NCBI GenBank assembly: GCA_964416155.1
Contig: CAYQCW010000010.1
Coordinates: 1-64,000, forward strand
Length of the DNA: 64,000 nt
Reading direction: 5' to 3'
Source: an uncultured Nitrososphaerota archaeon
GTDB taxonomy: Archaea; Thermoproteota; EX4484-205; JAAOZP01
Positions within the stretch are counted from its first letter, which is position 1. The number at the start of each line of letters is the position of its first letter. The notes below the pieces were generated by a model, which searched no databases, had not been told where the DNA came from, and worked only from the letters and a program-made list of their open reading frames with translations. This document shows, piece by piece, positions 9,444 through 18,938 of the stretch. The position numbers were made by a program, and so were the translations under genes.

Positions 9444-10664
9444 ATGGCTTGCAGCAGAATAGCTAGCGGGGATAAAGAGGTTCTCAGAGAACTTGGGAGA
9501 CAGATAGTTGAAATCGCGGCCTCGCCTATTAATGAGGAGCATTTTCAGCTGCAGAGGAGAGTGAATAATCTGGAGATGGTGAAGCCTCCGGTCTATGTTT
9601 ACGAGATTCCTTGGCATGAAATGAATGTTGACGATGAGCTAGCGTTGAGGACTAGGCACCCGTTGTGCCAGAGATATGAGGAGAGGCTTAGACGCTTGAT
9701 CTACAAGTGGAGACACGGCTTAGGGGTGCTTGTAGACGATCCCCGTTTCAGCAGCAGCCTTAGTCTAGAGCCGGTTGTTGAGCAGCCGCTTCAGGACTAT
9801 ATTACTGACACTGGCATAGGCATCCGTATTAAGGAGGATATTGTTAGAATTGACGAGAAGAATCCTGTGGTTTCCCACCGCTATCATGTTCAAATCAAGT
9901 CTGAAGAAGACGTTGAGAAGATCAGGATGCCTGAAGTTTTTTTCGACGCGGAGAAGGCTGAGGAGGATTTCGAGGTGCTTTGCGAGGTTTTCGACGGGGT
10001 TCTGCCTGTCGAGAAGCGTGGCGTCAGCGCCTTCTGGTTCGCCCCCTGGGACGAGATCGTTATGCTGGCCGGTGTTAAGGAGATCCTCATAGACATGCAC
10101 CGCAGGCCAAGGTATGTGCATAAGCTTGTCGAAAGAATGGTTGAGGCTTGGCTTCACAGGCTGAACCAGTATGAGAAAATCGGACTGCTGCAAGCCTCTC
10201 CTATGAGGCTTTGGGGGGTTGGAGCAGCCCAAGCCTTCTCAGCAGTGTCCCCGGCTATGCATGAGGAGTTCGCGTTGAAGCATGAGAAGCGCTGGTATGA
10301 GAAATGGGGTTTAAACTACTACGGGTGCTGCGAGCCGCTCCACAATAAGGTTGAAGTGTTGAGGAGGAATATTCCCAGGTTGCGAAGAATCTCGATGAGT
10401 CCGTTCATTGATTTCGACAGGGCTGTTGAAAACGTTAGGGGCGACTTCATATTCGCCTGGAAGCCTAATCCCGCTGCACTGGCTGAATCAACCTGGCAGC
10501 CTGAGGCGGTTCGCCGGGATCTGGAGGAGAAGCTTAGTAAAGCCAAGATGTTTAACTGCGTGATGGAGATCCATATGAAGGACATCAGCACTGTTAGATA
10601 TCAGCCTCAACGCCTCTGGGAGTGGGCGAGAATAGCCTCTGAGGTTGCGGAGAAATATGTTTGA
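9444..10664 (+). CDS. URO-D/MtaA-CmuA superfamily TIM-barrel protein of unknown specificity
   Basis: GVKEILIDMHRRP..VHKL, VSPAMHEEF, YYGCCEPLH, RRISMSP, WKPNP. Pattern of URO-D-fold proteins. Confidence 0.65.
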   Translation: MACSRIASGDKEVLRELGRQIVEIAASPINEEHFQLQRRVNNLEMVKPPVYVYEIPWHEMNVDDELALRTRHPLCQRYEERLRRLIYKWRHGLGVLVDDPRFSSSLSLEPVVEQPLQDYITDTGIGIRIKEDIVRIDEKNPVVSHRYHVQIKSEEDVEKIRMPEVFFDAEKAEEDFEVLCEVFDGVLPVEKRGVSAFWFAPWDEIVMLAGVKEILIDMHRRPRYVHKLVERMVEAWLHRLNQYEKIGLLQASPMRLWGVGAAQAFSAVSPAMHEEFALKHEKRWYEKWGLNYYGCCEPLHNKVEVLRRNIPRLRRISMSPFIDFDRAVENVRGDFIFAWKPNPAALAESTWQPEAVRRDLEEKLSKAKMFNCVMEIHMKDISTVRYQPQRLWEWARIASEVAEKYV

Positions 10665-10756
10665 GCATGCTAAAATTTAACATTGGAGAAAAAAGCTGCC
10701 TCATTTAAGGCATATAAGTATCGATATCGAATGTTTAATCAGCCGGTGGGGAAAGA

Positions 10757-12205
10757 ATGAGGCTCGTTTTTAAAAGGAGGCTGGAGCTGCTTCCCAGAGA
10801 AAGTGTTGAAGCAATAAAGGAGAACGCGCTGAAAATACTGGAAGAGGTTGGTTTCGCATACAGACATAAAAGTGCTCTCAAGGTCCTTGAGGAGCAAGGG
10901 GCAATTGTCGACTATAGCAGGGAGGTTGCAAGGCTTCCCAGAGGACTTGTCCTAGATTGTCTTAAAAAGGCTCCTAAGCAGTATATCGTTGAGCCTCCGC
11001 AGGGGGATGCTGTCTACTTTGGAGACGGGAGCATAAAGGCCACCATGGGGTTGGAGATTCAACTCGTAGACTATTGTAGGATGGAGCGTCGCCCAGGTAG
11101 GACTGAAGACTGCGTGAAATCCATAACCGTCGGCAACGAGCTTGAAAACGTGGGCGTTGTATCCCCTTTCGTCGTGCCCAGCGACGTGCCCGTGAGGATA
11201 GCTGATGTGAGGGAGCATAGGCTTCTCTTCACATATTCGCGTAAACCGTTTTACGCCTGGATATACTCCGTTGAATCCTGCAAGTATATTCTGGAAATGG
11301 CTAAGGCTGTGGCTGGGGGAGAGGATGAGCTCAGGAGAAAGAAGATAGTCGGCTATGGAGCGGAGCCTACGAGCCCGCTTCAGCTTTCGCGTCACGCTAT
11401 AGGGATTCTGATGGAGATGGCGGAGTACGGGCTTCCCATAAGCGCGTCAGGCTCCATGAGTCTCCTGGGGGGTACTGCGCCTGTGACAATAGCTGGCGCA
11501 TTAAGCCTGCATGCAGCCGAGGTACTGGCAGGCATAGTTTTAGTCAATCTCATCAACCCCGACTCTCCCGTTGGCTTCTCAACATCAATACACGTGTTAG
11601 ATCAGAGGACTGCCCTATGCTCCTTCGGAGCGCCTGAGAACACGTTAGCATCCTTAGCGGGAATCCAGGTGGCTAGGGAGCTTGGTTTAAGCTGCTTCGC
11701 CAATGTGGCCCTGACTGATTCAAACACTCCAGACTTTCAAGCCGGCTTTGAGAAGGCGGCGAGTAGTGCTCTGGTGTTGGCAGCGGGGGCGGAGGGCATA
11801 GGTCAACAGGGGATAGTGGGAGCGGATCAAGGCGCGAGCCTTGAACAGCTTATAATCGACAACGAGTGGTTCAACTATGTTAACCGTATACTTAAAGGGT
11901 TTGAAGTAAACCAGGAAACTTTAGCGCTTGAAGTAATAAAAAGAATCGGAGTGGGAGGCAGCTTCCTGAAGGAGCAGCACACTTTGAGGAAAATGCGTGA
12001 GGAACTTTGGGATCCGAGCCTTTTCAACAGGGATGACTGGATAGGATGGGAGAAGAAAGGATGTCGAGACCTGCTTAAGAGATCACAGGCTGTCTTAGAA
12101 AGGATCATTAGAGAGCATTATCCTCCGGAGCCAGTTATTGACAAGCAGGTTATCAACCGGCTTTCAGAGATAGAAGTGAAGGCAGCTAAGAATTTAGCAG
12201 GGTAA
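10757..12205 (+). CDS. MttB-superfamily methyltransferase, non-pyrrolysine (MtgB-like)
   Basis: ALKILEEVG, TSPLQL, GGTAPVTIAGAL...AEVLAG, FGAPE, TDSNTPDFQAGFEK, SLEQLIIDNE, GGSFL...HT. No in-frame TAG; Leu at the Pyl-equivalent position. Confidence 0.9.
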   Translation: MRLVFKRRLELLPRESVEAIKENALKILEEVGFAYRHKSALKVLEEQGAIVDYSREVARLPRGLVLDCLKKAPKQYIVEPPQGDAVYFGDGSIKATMGLEIQLVDYCRMERRPGRTEDCVKSITVGNELENVGVVSPFVVPSDVPVRIADVREHRLLFTYSRKPFYAWIYSVESCKYILEMAKAVAGGEDELRRKKIVGYGAEPTSPLQLSRHAIGILMEMAEYGLPISASGSMSLLGGTAPVTIAGALSLHAAEVLAGIVLVNLINPDSPVGFSTSIHVLDQRTALCSFGAPENTLASLAGIQVARELGLSCFANVALTDSNTPDFQAGFEKAASSALVLAAGAEGIGQQGIVGADQGASLEQLIIDNEWFNYVNRILKGFEVNQETLALEVIKRIGVGGSFLKEQHTLRKMREELWDPSLFNRDDWIGWEKKGCRDLLKRSQAVLERIIREHYPPEPVIDKQVINRLSEIEVKAAKNLAG

Positions 12206-12379
12206 AGCCTTCTTTAGCCCTTTCAACAGCACTTGCTATTCAGACTCCGCCTTGCTAAGAGCGCACGCTAGCTTGACCACCATGCATCATACCTTCTAGA
12301 TAGGGGCAGGTTAATCTCGATAAGGCTTGAAAAAGCTTTAAGGATGGTGTTTGCGTAACCGCTTAAGGTGTGTTGAGCC

Positions 12380-13384
12380 TTGGCGCTGCCCGACGAGGGG
12401 ATTCGAGAAAGAGCTGTTGAAAGAAAGATTCCAAGCCTCCGCGCCGAATGGTTTAAGACGATTCTTTACATCGTTACACTAGCAGTTTCCCTAGCGGTTG
12501 TCGACATGATGTTTGGCTGGACTTCTGCCGATATCCCGCCATACTTGCAGCATTTAAGCGGAATAATAATGCTCGTAAACCCGTATGTTCAATATATTCA
12601 AGCGATACTGATTTTCTGCATAGGCTATCTTATCGTGAATGCTCTGAGCAGAGTCATGTATATATACATGAGAAGGTTTACGGATCACCCTACTGCCACG
12701 ACTGTTCAAACGTTAACTAGGATCGCTGGCCTCGCCGTCCTGGTCTCGCTTATAGCGTCCGTGTTCAACGCGAACCCTGCAGCCGCATTAACCGTCGGCT
12801 CGTTCGGAGGCCTAGTCGTAGGCTTCGCGACGCAGACCATACTGTCCAACGTGGTTGCAGGAGTCTTCCTATTGCTTTCCAGGCCCTATACTTTCGGGGA
12901 TACAATAACCGTTGCCGGTCAAACCGGGATTGTCAAGGAGATTAGATTGATGCATCTCGTGTTAGAATCCACGGATGGCACTAGGGAGATACTTATACCT
13001 AGCGGAACCGTTGTAACACAGATTATTCATAAGATGAAGCCCCCCATGCAGGTTAAACCCGTTAAAACCGTGTTGAAACTGGAGGCGCCCCCGACTAGGG
13101 TTAAAATAGGCTCACCGCTTGTCTTCAGGGGTAGGCTTCTGGAGGCGGAGACTGGGAAGCCGATCGCCAATGCTAAAATAATGATGATGGAGAGGGATGT
13201 TGGGAGAAACGACATGCTGGCTTCTGGAATGACAGGCGAGGATGGAGGCTTCGTCATCGAGTGGAAGGCTGGGAAGACTGATTTGCTCGGCGACACTGCT
13301 GAGGTCTATGCGAATTTCGATGGGGATGAGCAGTATCAACGGTCTAAAAGCGAACTGTTCATAATAAAAATAGATGGGAGGTGA
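12380..13384 (+). CDS. MscS-family mechanosensitive channel with C-terminal Ig-like domain
   Basis: TM helices, pore helix GGLVVGFATQTILSNVVAGV, RPYTFGDTI...G.V.EI, ILIP. The C-terminal 100 aa are beta-sandwich-like (GRLL..ETGKPIANAKI...GGF...ANFDGDEQY..SKS). Confidence 0.85.
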   Translation: MALPDEGIRERAVERKIPSLRAEWFKTILYIVTLAVSLAVVDMMFGWTSADIPPYLQHLSGIIMLVNPYVQYIQAILIFCIGYLIVNALSRVMYIYMRRFTDHPTATTVQTLTRIAGLAVLVSLIASVFNANPAAALTVGSFGGLVVGFATQTILSNVVAGVFLLLSRPYTFGDTITVAGQTGIVKEIRLMHLVLESTDGTREILIPSGTVVTQIIHKMKPPMQVKPVKTVLKLEAPPTRVKIGSPLVFRGRLLEAETGKPIANAKIMMMERDVGRNDMLASGMTGEDGGFVIEWKAGKTDLLGDTAEVYANFDGDEQYQRSKSELFIIKIDGR

Positions 13385-13393
13385 TGGTGCAGG

Positions 13394-13561
13394 ATGAGTA
13401 TGGAAGACAGGGCTGTTAAGAATAAGCCTGTTTGCTTCAAGTGTGGAGCCGACATGGCTTCGTTCACCTTCATTGAATACCCTTTGAGCGACAAGCTTCT
13501 GACGATAGTGTTCTGCAAACAATGCGGCGCTGTTCAAGGCATAGTTTCTAAAGAAAAATAA
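13394..13561 (+). CDS. small zinc-ribbon protein (55 aa), missed by the ORF track
   Basis: MSMEDRAVKNKPVCFKCGADMASFTFIEYPLSDKLLTIVFCKQCGAVQGIVSKEK*, with two CxxCG knuckles and a GGAGGTGA SD overlapping the MscS stop. Confidence 0.7.
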   Translation: MSMEDRAVKNKPVCFKCGADMASFTFIEYPLSDKLLTIVFCKQCGAVQGIVSKEK

Positions 13562-13722
13562 TTTTAATGCTTGAAGGAGCCCGAGAGCAGCCCCCCAGCA
13601 AGTTTCTCCAACACTAGTCTATAAAAATTCATATGCTTGTCAGCAAGCTTAGCCTCATGGTTGCGTGGAATCTTCAGGAGTCTACGCTTAAGGATGTTAA
13701 GGAGTCCAGGTTTGAGTGCGCG

Positions 13723-13948
13723 CTCGTGCGTATGGGGGAGGCGGATGAGGGGGCCGTGAATACGCCTAAGGTTAAGTCTTTAGCCTACTCTTGGGCCAGG
13801 TTTACGAGGCCCTGGCATTTTTCAACCAAGAACCCGCTTCGGAAACCCGTTGAAACCCTCTAGGGACAAGGGGGAGAAGATCTTGGAGGCCGCTGTGGAG
13901 AGGATTGCCCGCCTCCTCAAGGAGCTTTCCGACGCTGAGATGGCTTAG
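13723..13948 (+). pseudogene. C-terminal relic of a creatininase-family amidohydrolase
   Basis: LVRMGEADEG...WARFTRPWHFSTKN then a frameshift into FGNPLKPSRDKGEKILEAAVERIARLLKELSDAEMA*, the typical G.P..A..EKG creatininase tail. Confidence 0.6.
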
Positions 13949-14100
13949 GGTTTCCCCCTACTAGCGTTTTCGACTAATCCTTCGCCAGCCTAACCTTATG
14001 AAGGAGCATCGGCCCGCCAGTAGAGATTGGATCGCGAGTTTCCAGTGGAAGGCTAATTAACCCGTCTTCAGCCAGCAATTTTTATATAGGGAGCAGTAAG

Positions 14101-14376
14101 TTGCTTTTTCTGAAGTTGAGCAACCGAAGTGTCAACGAGGCTGTTAACAAGAGGCCGCTGAACGTTCTTAGAAGCATGGTTGGCAAGAAGGTTTTCCTCA
14201 GGCTTAAAAACGATCACTCAGTATACAGGGGGATGCTGCTTAACGTGGATACTCAGATGAACCTGATTATGGGTGGCACAATGGAGTATGAGGGGGATAG
14301 GGAAGCCATCAACTTTAACCTTGTGCTGGTCAGAGGGAGTAACATCCTTTTCGTCGGCAGGTCTGAGGAGATATAG
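14101..14376 (+). CDS. Sm-like archaeal protein (Lsm/SmAP)
   Basis: RPLNVL, Sm1 YRGMLLNVDTQMNLIM, Sm2 VLVRGSNILFV. The true start may be a few codons downstream. Confidence 0.88.
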   Translation: MLFLKLSNRSVNEAVNKRPLNVLRSMVGKKVFLRLKNDHSVYRGMLLNVDTQMNLIMGGTMEYEGDREAINFNLVLVRGSNILFVGRSEEI

Positions 14377-14380
14377 CTGC

Positions 14381-15490
14381 TTACTTTAGGCCCAGTTCAG
14401 TCAGCCTCTCGATCAGGGCTGTTGTTAACAGGCTCCTCTTCCTGTTTAAAAGCTCCCTGATGTCGCTCCTCCTCACGTAGAGTTTCTCATCCTGCTTCTC
14501 CAAGGGTAGGCTTCTAATGTCGCAGAGCAGGAGACCATGGTAGGCTGCCTCCTTTACAGTTTCATCGTCAACAGTGTCAGCATCCAGTATAAGGATCCTG
14601 ACGCCTTTTAAGGAGAGGGCTTTAAAGATCTTCCTTAGGTCTCCCTTAAGGGTTACGGCAGCTACAACCATGCTGCCAACCTCGCTCTTAGCCTTCTTCG
14701 AAGTCAACTCTGTGAAAACGTCAACCTGGAGGAGCTCGCCGGGAACCTTCTCCTGTCTTCCAAGAACCTGGCTTAAGCTAGTCAGCCTACTTGCCTCCGG
14801 CGTGAAGCTTACGATGCTTTTCAACCCGGCTTCCTTAGCGGGTTTCTTCGACCCCGTTTTCCTAAGCCCGCTTCTAAGGCTTTCAAGCTTAAGCGCTAGG
14901 ACCTCGACCTTCCTCCTCTCCTCGAGCAGCTGTTTCCTAAGCTGCTCCACAAGGTTTGGGTCAAAGCTTTGAACAGTCGTCTGGGAGAGCCTCCCCCTAA
15001 TCGAGCGCTCAGGCGGAATCCCCCTGATAAGGTCGCTTTTAACCTCTTCTATGAGAGCCTCCTTGAAGTCGCTTATCCTTCTCTCTACGTTCAGCTCAAT
15101 GTTTCTGAAATCGTTTTTAAAACTGTTGAAGGCTTTAAGCGCAGCGTAGAGTGCTGAAGCCTGATGCTCATCCCCAATGCTGACACTCCTTTTAGAAGCA
15201 TACTCGTTGATAACGCTAATCTTGTCCTCCAACGCTTCATCCTTCCCTGTTTCGAACACAGCTAGGTTTAACGATTGAGCCAGCTCCCTAACCGCTCTAG
15301 GAGCCTCAGCCCTGTCGGTCGCGATTAGAACAGGATCCCCGACGCTCAAAGCTTCAAGAATTATGCTGCCCCTGTTCCAGTGTTTAAGACTTTTCAGGAG
15401 AAGCAGCTCCCCGTTTAGGTTCAGTACAGCCAGGCCTGCCGTGGTCCCGGGGTCGAAGCCGACTATGGTTTTCGGCAAGCGTTTAGACAC
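14381..15490 (-). CDS. DUF460 family protein (RNase H-like N-terminus plus coiled coil)
   Basis: IVGFDPGTTAGLAVLNLNG, PVLIATD, HQASALYAALKAF, central coiled coil. Confidence 0.8.
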   Translation of the reverse strand: MSKRLPKTIVGFDPGTTAGLAVLNLNGELLLLKSLKHWNRGSIILEALSVGDPVLIATDRAEAPRAVRELAQSLNLAVFETGKDEALEDKISVINEYASKRSVSIGDEHQASALYAALKAFNSFKNDFRNIELNVERRISDFKEALIEEVKSDLIRGIPPERSIRGRLSQTTVQSFDPNLVEQLRKQLLEERRKVEVLALKLESLRSGLRKTGSKKPAKEAGLKSIVSFTPEASRLTSLSQVLGRQEKVPGELLQVDVFTELTSKKAKSEVGSMVVAAVTLKGDLRKIFKALSLKGVRILILDADTVDDETVKEAAYHGLLLCDIRSLPLEKQDEKLYVRRSDIRELLNRKRSLLTTALIERLTELGLK

Positions 15491-15547
15491 TCGTATTCGT
15501 TTCCCCCGTCTGCTGAGCCCTCCTTAAAACTATTGGGATCATCCTCC

Positions 15548-16402
15548 TTAGTAGAGCGAAACATCCAGCACAGTGTCGCAACCACACTTCCTTTCCCTAG
15601 GTATAATGGGAATCGTTTCATAAATAAGCTTATTGACGTTTGCAACGTTCTCCCTCATGCTTCTAGCAACTCTTTCAGCCGTAACCGGCATTAAGCCGTA
15701 TACATCCGTGTCCGTGATTAGCGCGATGCTGAGAAAGCATATCTCAGCCTCCCTCGCCAAATATGCTTCAGAAACGGCCGTCATTCCTACGACTGAGAAC
15801 CCTAGGTTCTTGTAGAAGAGCGACTCGGCTCTCGTCGAGAATCTTGGGCCCTCGATGGTTACGTATGTGAACGATTTTCCCTCAGCCTCCTCCTCTGGGG
15901 TCGGGTGGATCTTCACGTTGGGAAGCACCCTCCCGCCCGAGTCCAAGAATGTTCTCCTCAGCTCCGGGCAGACTGGGTCGCTGAAGGGCACATGTCCAAC
16001 GACGCCGCCCTCGTAGAAGGAGAGGCTCCTCCTATTCGTCGTCCTGTCGAAAAACTGGTCTACCACGACGAACTCGTAGGGTTTTATGAACTCCGGCTGA
16101 AGGCTCCCGACGGCTGCGGGGCTTATTATCCTGGTCACGCCCAGCGTTTTGAAGGCCCAGACGTTGGCCCTGAAGTTGACCTTGTAAGGCGGTATTGTGT
16201 GGTGCCTGCCGTGCCTCGGCAGGAAGGCGACCTTCCTATCCTTAACCCACCCTACTGTTACAAGGTCTGAGGGTGGCCCGTAGGGCGTGTATACTTTAAA
16301 CTGTTTAGCGTCCTGAAGGTATGACGGGTCATAGTTGCCGGTTCCCCCGAAAATACCTATTTCAGCTGTTTCGGGAGGACTATACCTTAAGCTTGCGCAC
16401 AT
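15548..16402 (-). CDS. mtnP: S-methyl-5'-thioadenosine phosphorylase
   Basis: IGIFGGTG, TPYGPPS, FLPRHGRHH.IPP, EGPRFSTRAES, VGMT, TDTD. Confidence 0.92.
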   Translation of the reverse strand: MCASLRYSPPETAEIGIFGGTGNYDPSYLQDAKQFKVYTPYGPPSDLVTVGWVKDRKVAFLPRHGRHHTIPPYKVNFRANVWAFKTLGVTRIISPAAVGSLQPEFIKPYEFVVVDQFFDRTTNRRSLSFYEGGVVGHVPFSDPVCPELRRTFLDSGGRVLPNVKIHPTPEEEAEGKSFTYVTIEGPRFSTRAESLFYKNLGFSVVGMTAVSEAYLAREAEICFLSIALITDTDVYGLMPVTAERVARSMRENVANVNKLIYETIPIIPRERKCGCDTVLDVSLY

Positions 16403-16461
16403 GGCTCGCTCGACTAGTCTCTGCGACTGAAATAAATAAATGTTTTCTCCCCTAGGCCTGT

Positions 16462-18729
16462 TTAAACCAGCGTTGGAGAAGCCATTATTGTCGACTTTGC
16501 TGTTCCGGCGAACTTCGACATCATGAGCTCGTAGGCCCTGCGCTCGTCTGGAGACGGGATGTTTATCTTGGTTATTGCCTCCATCAGGTGCCTCTTCTGA
16601 ATGACGAGTTTCTCAGTCATCCTCATAACCTTCTCCTCGTCGCTCGTCATCTCCAGCAGCTCCTTTATCGCTATGAGGCCAGCGTCGTTGCAAGACTGAG
16701 CTATGTCCGCCCCAGAGAATCCTTCAGTCATAGAAGCCAGCTCGTCTATGTTCACGTCCGGAGCAATAGGCTTCCCCCTTAAATGTATCTGGAATATTTT
16801 CTTGCGGGTCGCCTTATCAGGCCAGCTTAAGCCCATAAGCTTATCGAACCTTCCAGCCCTGAGCAAGGCTGGATCAATTATGTCGGGCCTGTTCGTCGCA
16901 CCTATGACTATGACCCCTCGGAGGTCCTGCAGCCCATCCATCTCTGTTAGAAGCTGGCTGACAACCCTCTCAGTAACGTCGCTACTCACATCCCTACCTC
17001 TTAAGGGAGCGATTGAATCAATCTCGTCGAAGAAAATTATGCAGGGAGCAACCTGCCTAGCCTTCCTAAAGACTTCTCTAATCCCCCTCTCAGACTCGCC
17101 GACCCATTTTGAAAGCAGTTCTGGACCCTTGATGCTTATGAAGTTGGCCTCGCTCTCAGTCGCCAAGGCTTTCGCGAGAAGAGTCTTACCCGTGCCAGGC
17201 GGGCCGTAGAGAAGAATACCCTTCGGCTGCCTTATGTTAAGCTTCTTGAAAAGCTCCGGGAACCTTAGTGGCCACTCTATAGAGGTTATGAGCTCCTTCT
17301 TAACGTCTTCCAGACCACCGATATCATCCCAATGCACGTTTGGACTCTCAACCATTATCTCCCTTAATGCGGATGGCTCTATCTCCTTCAAAGCATCCAT
17401 GAAATGCTTCATCCTAACCACGAGCTTGCTCAGAACCTCTATCGGAATGACTTCGGTTTCAAGGTCTATCTCGGGGAGGATTTCCCGTAAGCATCTTAAG
17501 GCGGCCTCCTTGGCTAGGGCTGCGAGATCAGCGCCGACGAAGCCAGGGGTTAGCTCAGCCAGCCTTTTAAGATCAACGTCTTCAGAGAGCGGCATGCCTC
17601 TTATGTGAATCTGGAGTATTTCCAGCCTCGCCTTCTTGTCGGGCACGCCTATCTCGATTTCCCTGTCGAACCTCCCCGGCCTTCTTAAAGCAGGGTCTAT
17701 CGCGTTAACCCTGTTCGTGCAGCCTATTACGACGACTTTTCCACGAGTCTGGAGACCATCCATGAGGGATAGGAGTTGCGCCACAACTCTCTTCTCAACC
17801 TCGCCTGTCACATCCTCCCTCTTCGGAGCAATAGAGTCGAGCTCATCTATGAAAACTATGCTCGGAGAGTTCTCCTCAGCCTCCTTGAATATTTCCCTCA
17901 GCCTCTGCTCGCTCTCACCGTAATACTTGCTCATTATCTCAGGACCGCTTATGCTTATGAAGTGCGCGTTAGTCTCGTTCGCCACGGCTTTCGCGAGAAG
18001 AGTCTTACCCGTGCCAGGCGGGCCGTAGAGAAGAATACCCTTGGGAGCTTCTATTCCCAGCCTGTCGAAAAGCTCAGGATGCCTAAGGGGGAGCTCAACC
18101 ATCTCCCTGATCTTCTGAATGGCCTCCTCCAAGCCGCCTATGTCCTCGTAGGTAACCCTCGGGAGAAGCTTCTTAATCTGGTATATTTTCTCACTAATCT
18201 TGACCACAGTGTCCTCTGTAACTATAACTGCTTCAGCAGCAGGCTGATAGGAGACGACGACCAGCTGAACAATCTTACCCATTATCCTCACAGGAATAAT
18301 GTCTCCCCTGTTTATTATCCTGCCTATCATTATGCTTTTCACAAACTCCTCGCCGTTAACCATCCTGGGTTGCTCAGTATGCGCCAGAACAACGGTAGTA
18401 GCGTACCTAGCCGTTACCTTCCTGATCCTAACCTTATCGTCGAGGCTGACGCCAACATTCTCCCTAGTATAACCATCTATCCTGATCAGGCCTAGACCCC
18501 TATCCTTGACTGAAGCAGGCCACACGAGAGCGTAAGTCTTCCTTCTGCCAACTATCTCAATAGCGTCCCCGGGTGAAAGATTCAGGAGCTTAGCAACCTC
18601 CGGATCTATCCTGGCGTAACCCCGCCCGACGTCGGTGGGCTGGGCTTCAGCGACACGAAGATAAACATAGTCAGGCTGATCCCTCCTTCTTACAGAGCCG
18701 TTTGGAAAACCCTCCTTCTTATCGTTCAA
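16462..18729 (-). CDS. cdc48: CDC48/VAT family AAA+ ATPase
   Basis: N-domain plus two AAA domains (GPPGTGKT twice, [22 protein letters not shown] / [11 protein letters not shown]). Confidence 0.96.
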   Translation of the reverse strand: MNDKKEGFPNGSVRRRDQPDYVYLRVAEAQPTDVGRGYARIDPEVAKLLNLSPGDAIEIVGRRKTYALVWPASVKDRGLGLIRIDGYTRENVGVSLDDKVRIRKVTARYATTVVLAHTEQPRMVNGEEFVKSIMIGRIINRGDIIPVRIMGKIVQLVVVSYQPAAEAVIVTEDTVVKISEKIYQIKKLLPRVTYEDIGGLEEAIQKIREMVELPLRHPELFDRLGIEAPKGILLYGPPGTGKTLLAKAVANETNAHFISISGPEIMSKYYGESEQRLREIFKEAEENSPSIVFIDELDSIAPKREDVTGEVEKRVVAQLLSLMDGLQTRGKVVVIGCTNRVNAIDPALRRPGRFDREIEIGVPDKKARLEILQIHIRGMPLSEDVDLKRLAELTPGFVGADLAALAKEAALRCLREILPEIDLETEVIPIEVLSKLVVRMKHFMDALKEIEPSALREIMVESPNVHWDDIGGLEDVKKELITSIEWPLRFPELFKKLNIRQPKGILLYGPPGTGKTLLAKALATESEANFISIKGPELLSKWVGESERGIREVFRKARQVAPCIIFFDEIDSIAPLRGRDVSSDVTERVVSQLLTEMDGLQDLRGVIVIGATNRPDIIDPALLRAGRFDKLMGLSWPDKATRKKIFQIHLRGKPIAPDVNIDELASMTEGFSGADIAQSCNDAGLIAIKELLEMTSDEEKVMRMTEKLVIQKRHLMEAITKINIPSPDERRAYELMMSKFAGTAKSTIMASPTLV
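17167..17223. repeat. 57 bp exact direct repeat, copy 1 (Cdc48 D2 Walker A)
   Basis: ggctttcgcgagaagagtcttacccgtgccaggcgggccgtagagaagaataccctt, identical to 17986-18042. Confidence 0.9.
17986..18042. repeat. 57 bp exact direct repeat, copy 2 (Cdc48 D1 Walker A)
   Basis: Identical to 17167-17223. Confidence 0.9.
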
Positions 18730-18938
18730 CGCTCAGCATCTCCCCTCCCGTCCATAGTTTTCAACCAAGAGGATTTTCCACGAGGGGGTTTATTAAGTTT
18801 CACCGTTCATGCCTGTGGAACAAAACGATTAAAAAAACATTCTGCATAAACTTTGCAAAACCGTTTAAAAATATGATGCGAACAGCGACAGAATGTTGAA
18901 AAAAGAAATAAATCCCGTCGCACGCGCTTACAAGGCTG

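Noticed and set aside
10757-12205. Possible pyrrolysine recoding in the MttB homologue
   Set aside because: The ORF has no in-frame TAG, and there are no pyl genes in the window.
14038-14051. GTTTCCAGTGGAAG, resembling the archaeal ORB core
   Set aside because: Single copy, no G-string, no AT-rich unwinding element, and about 8 kb from the cdc6 start.
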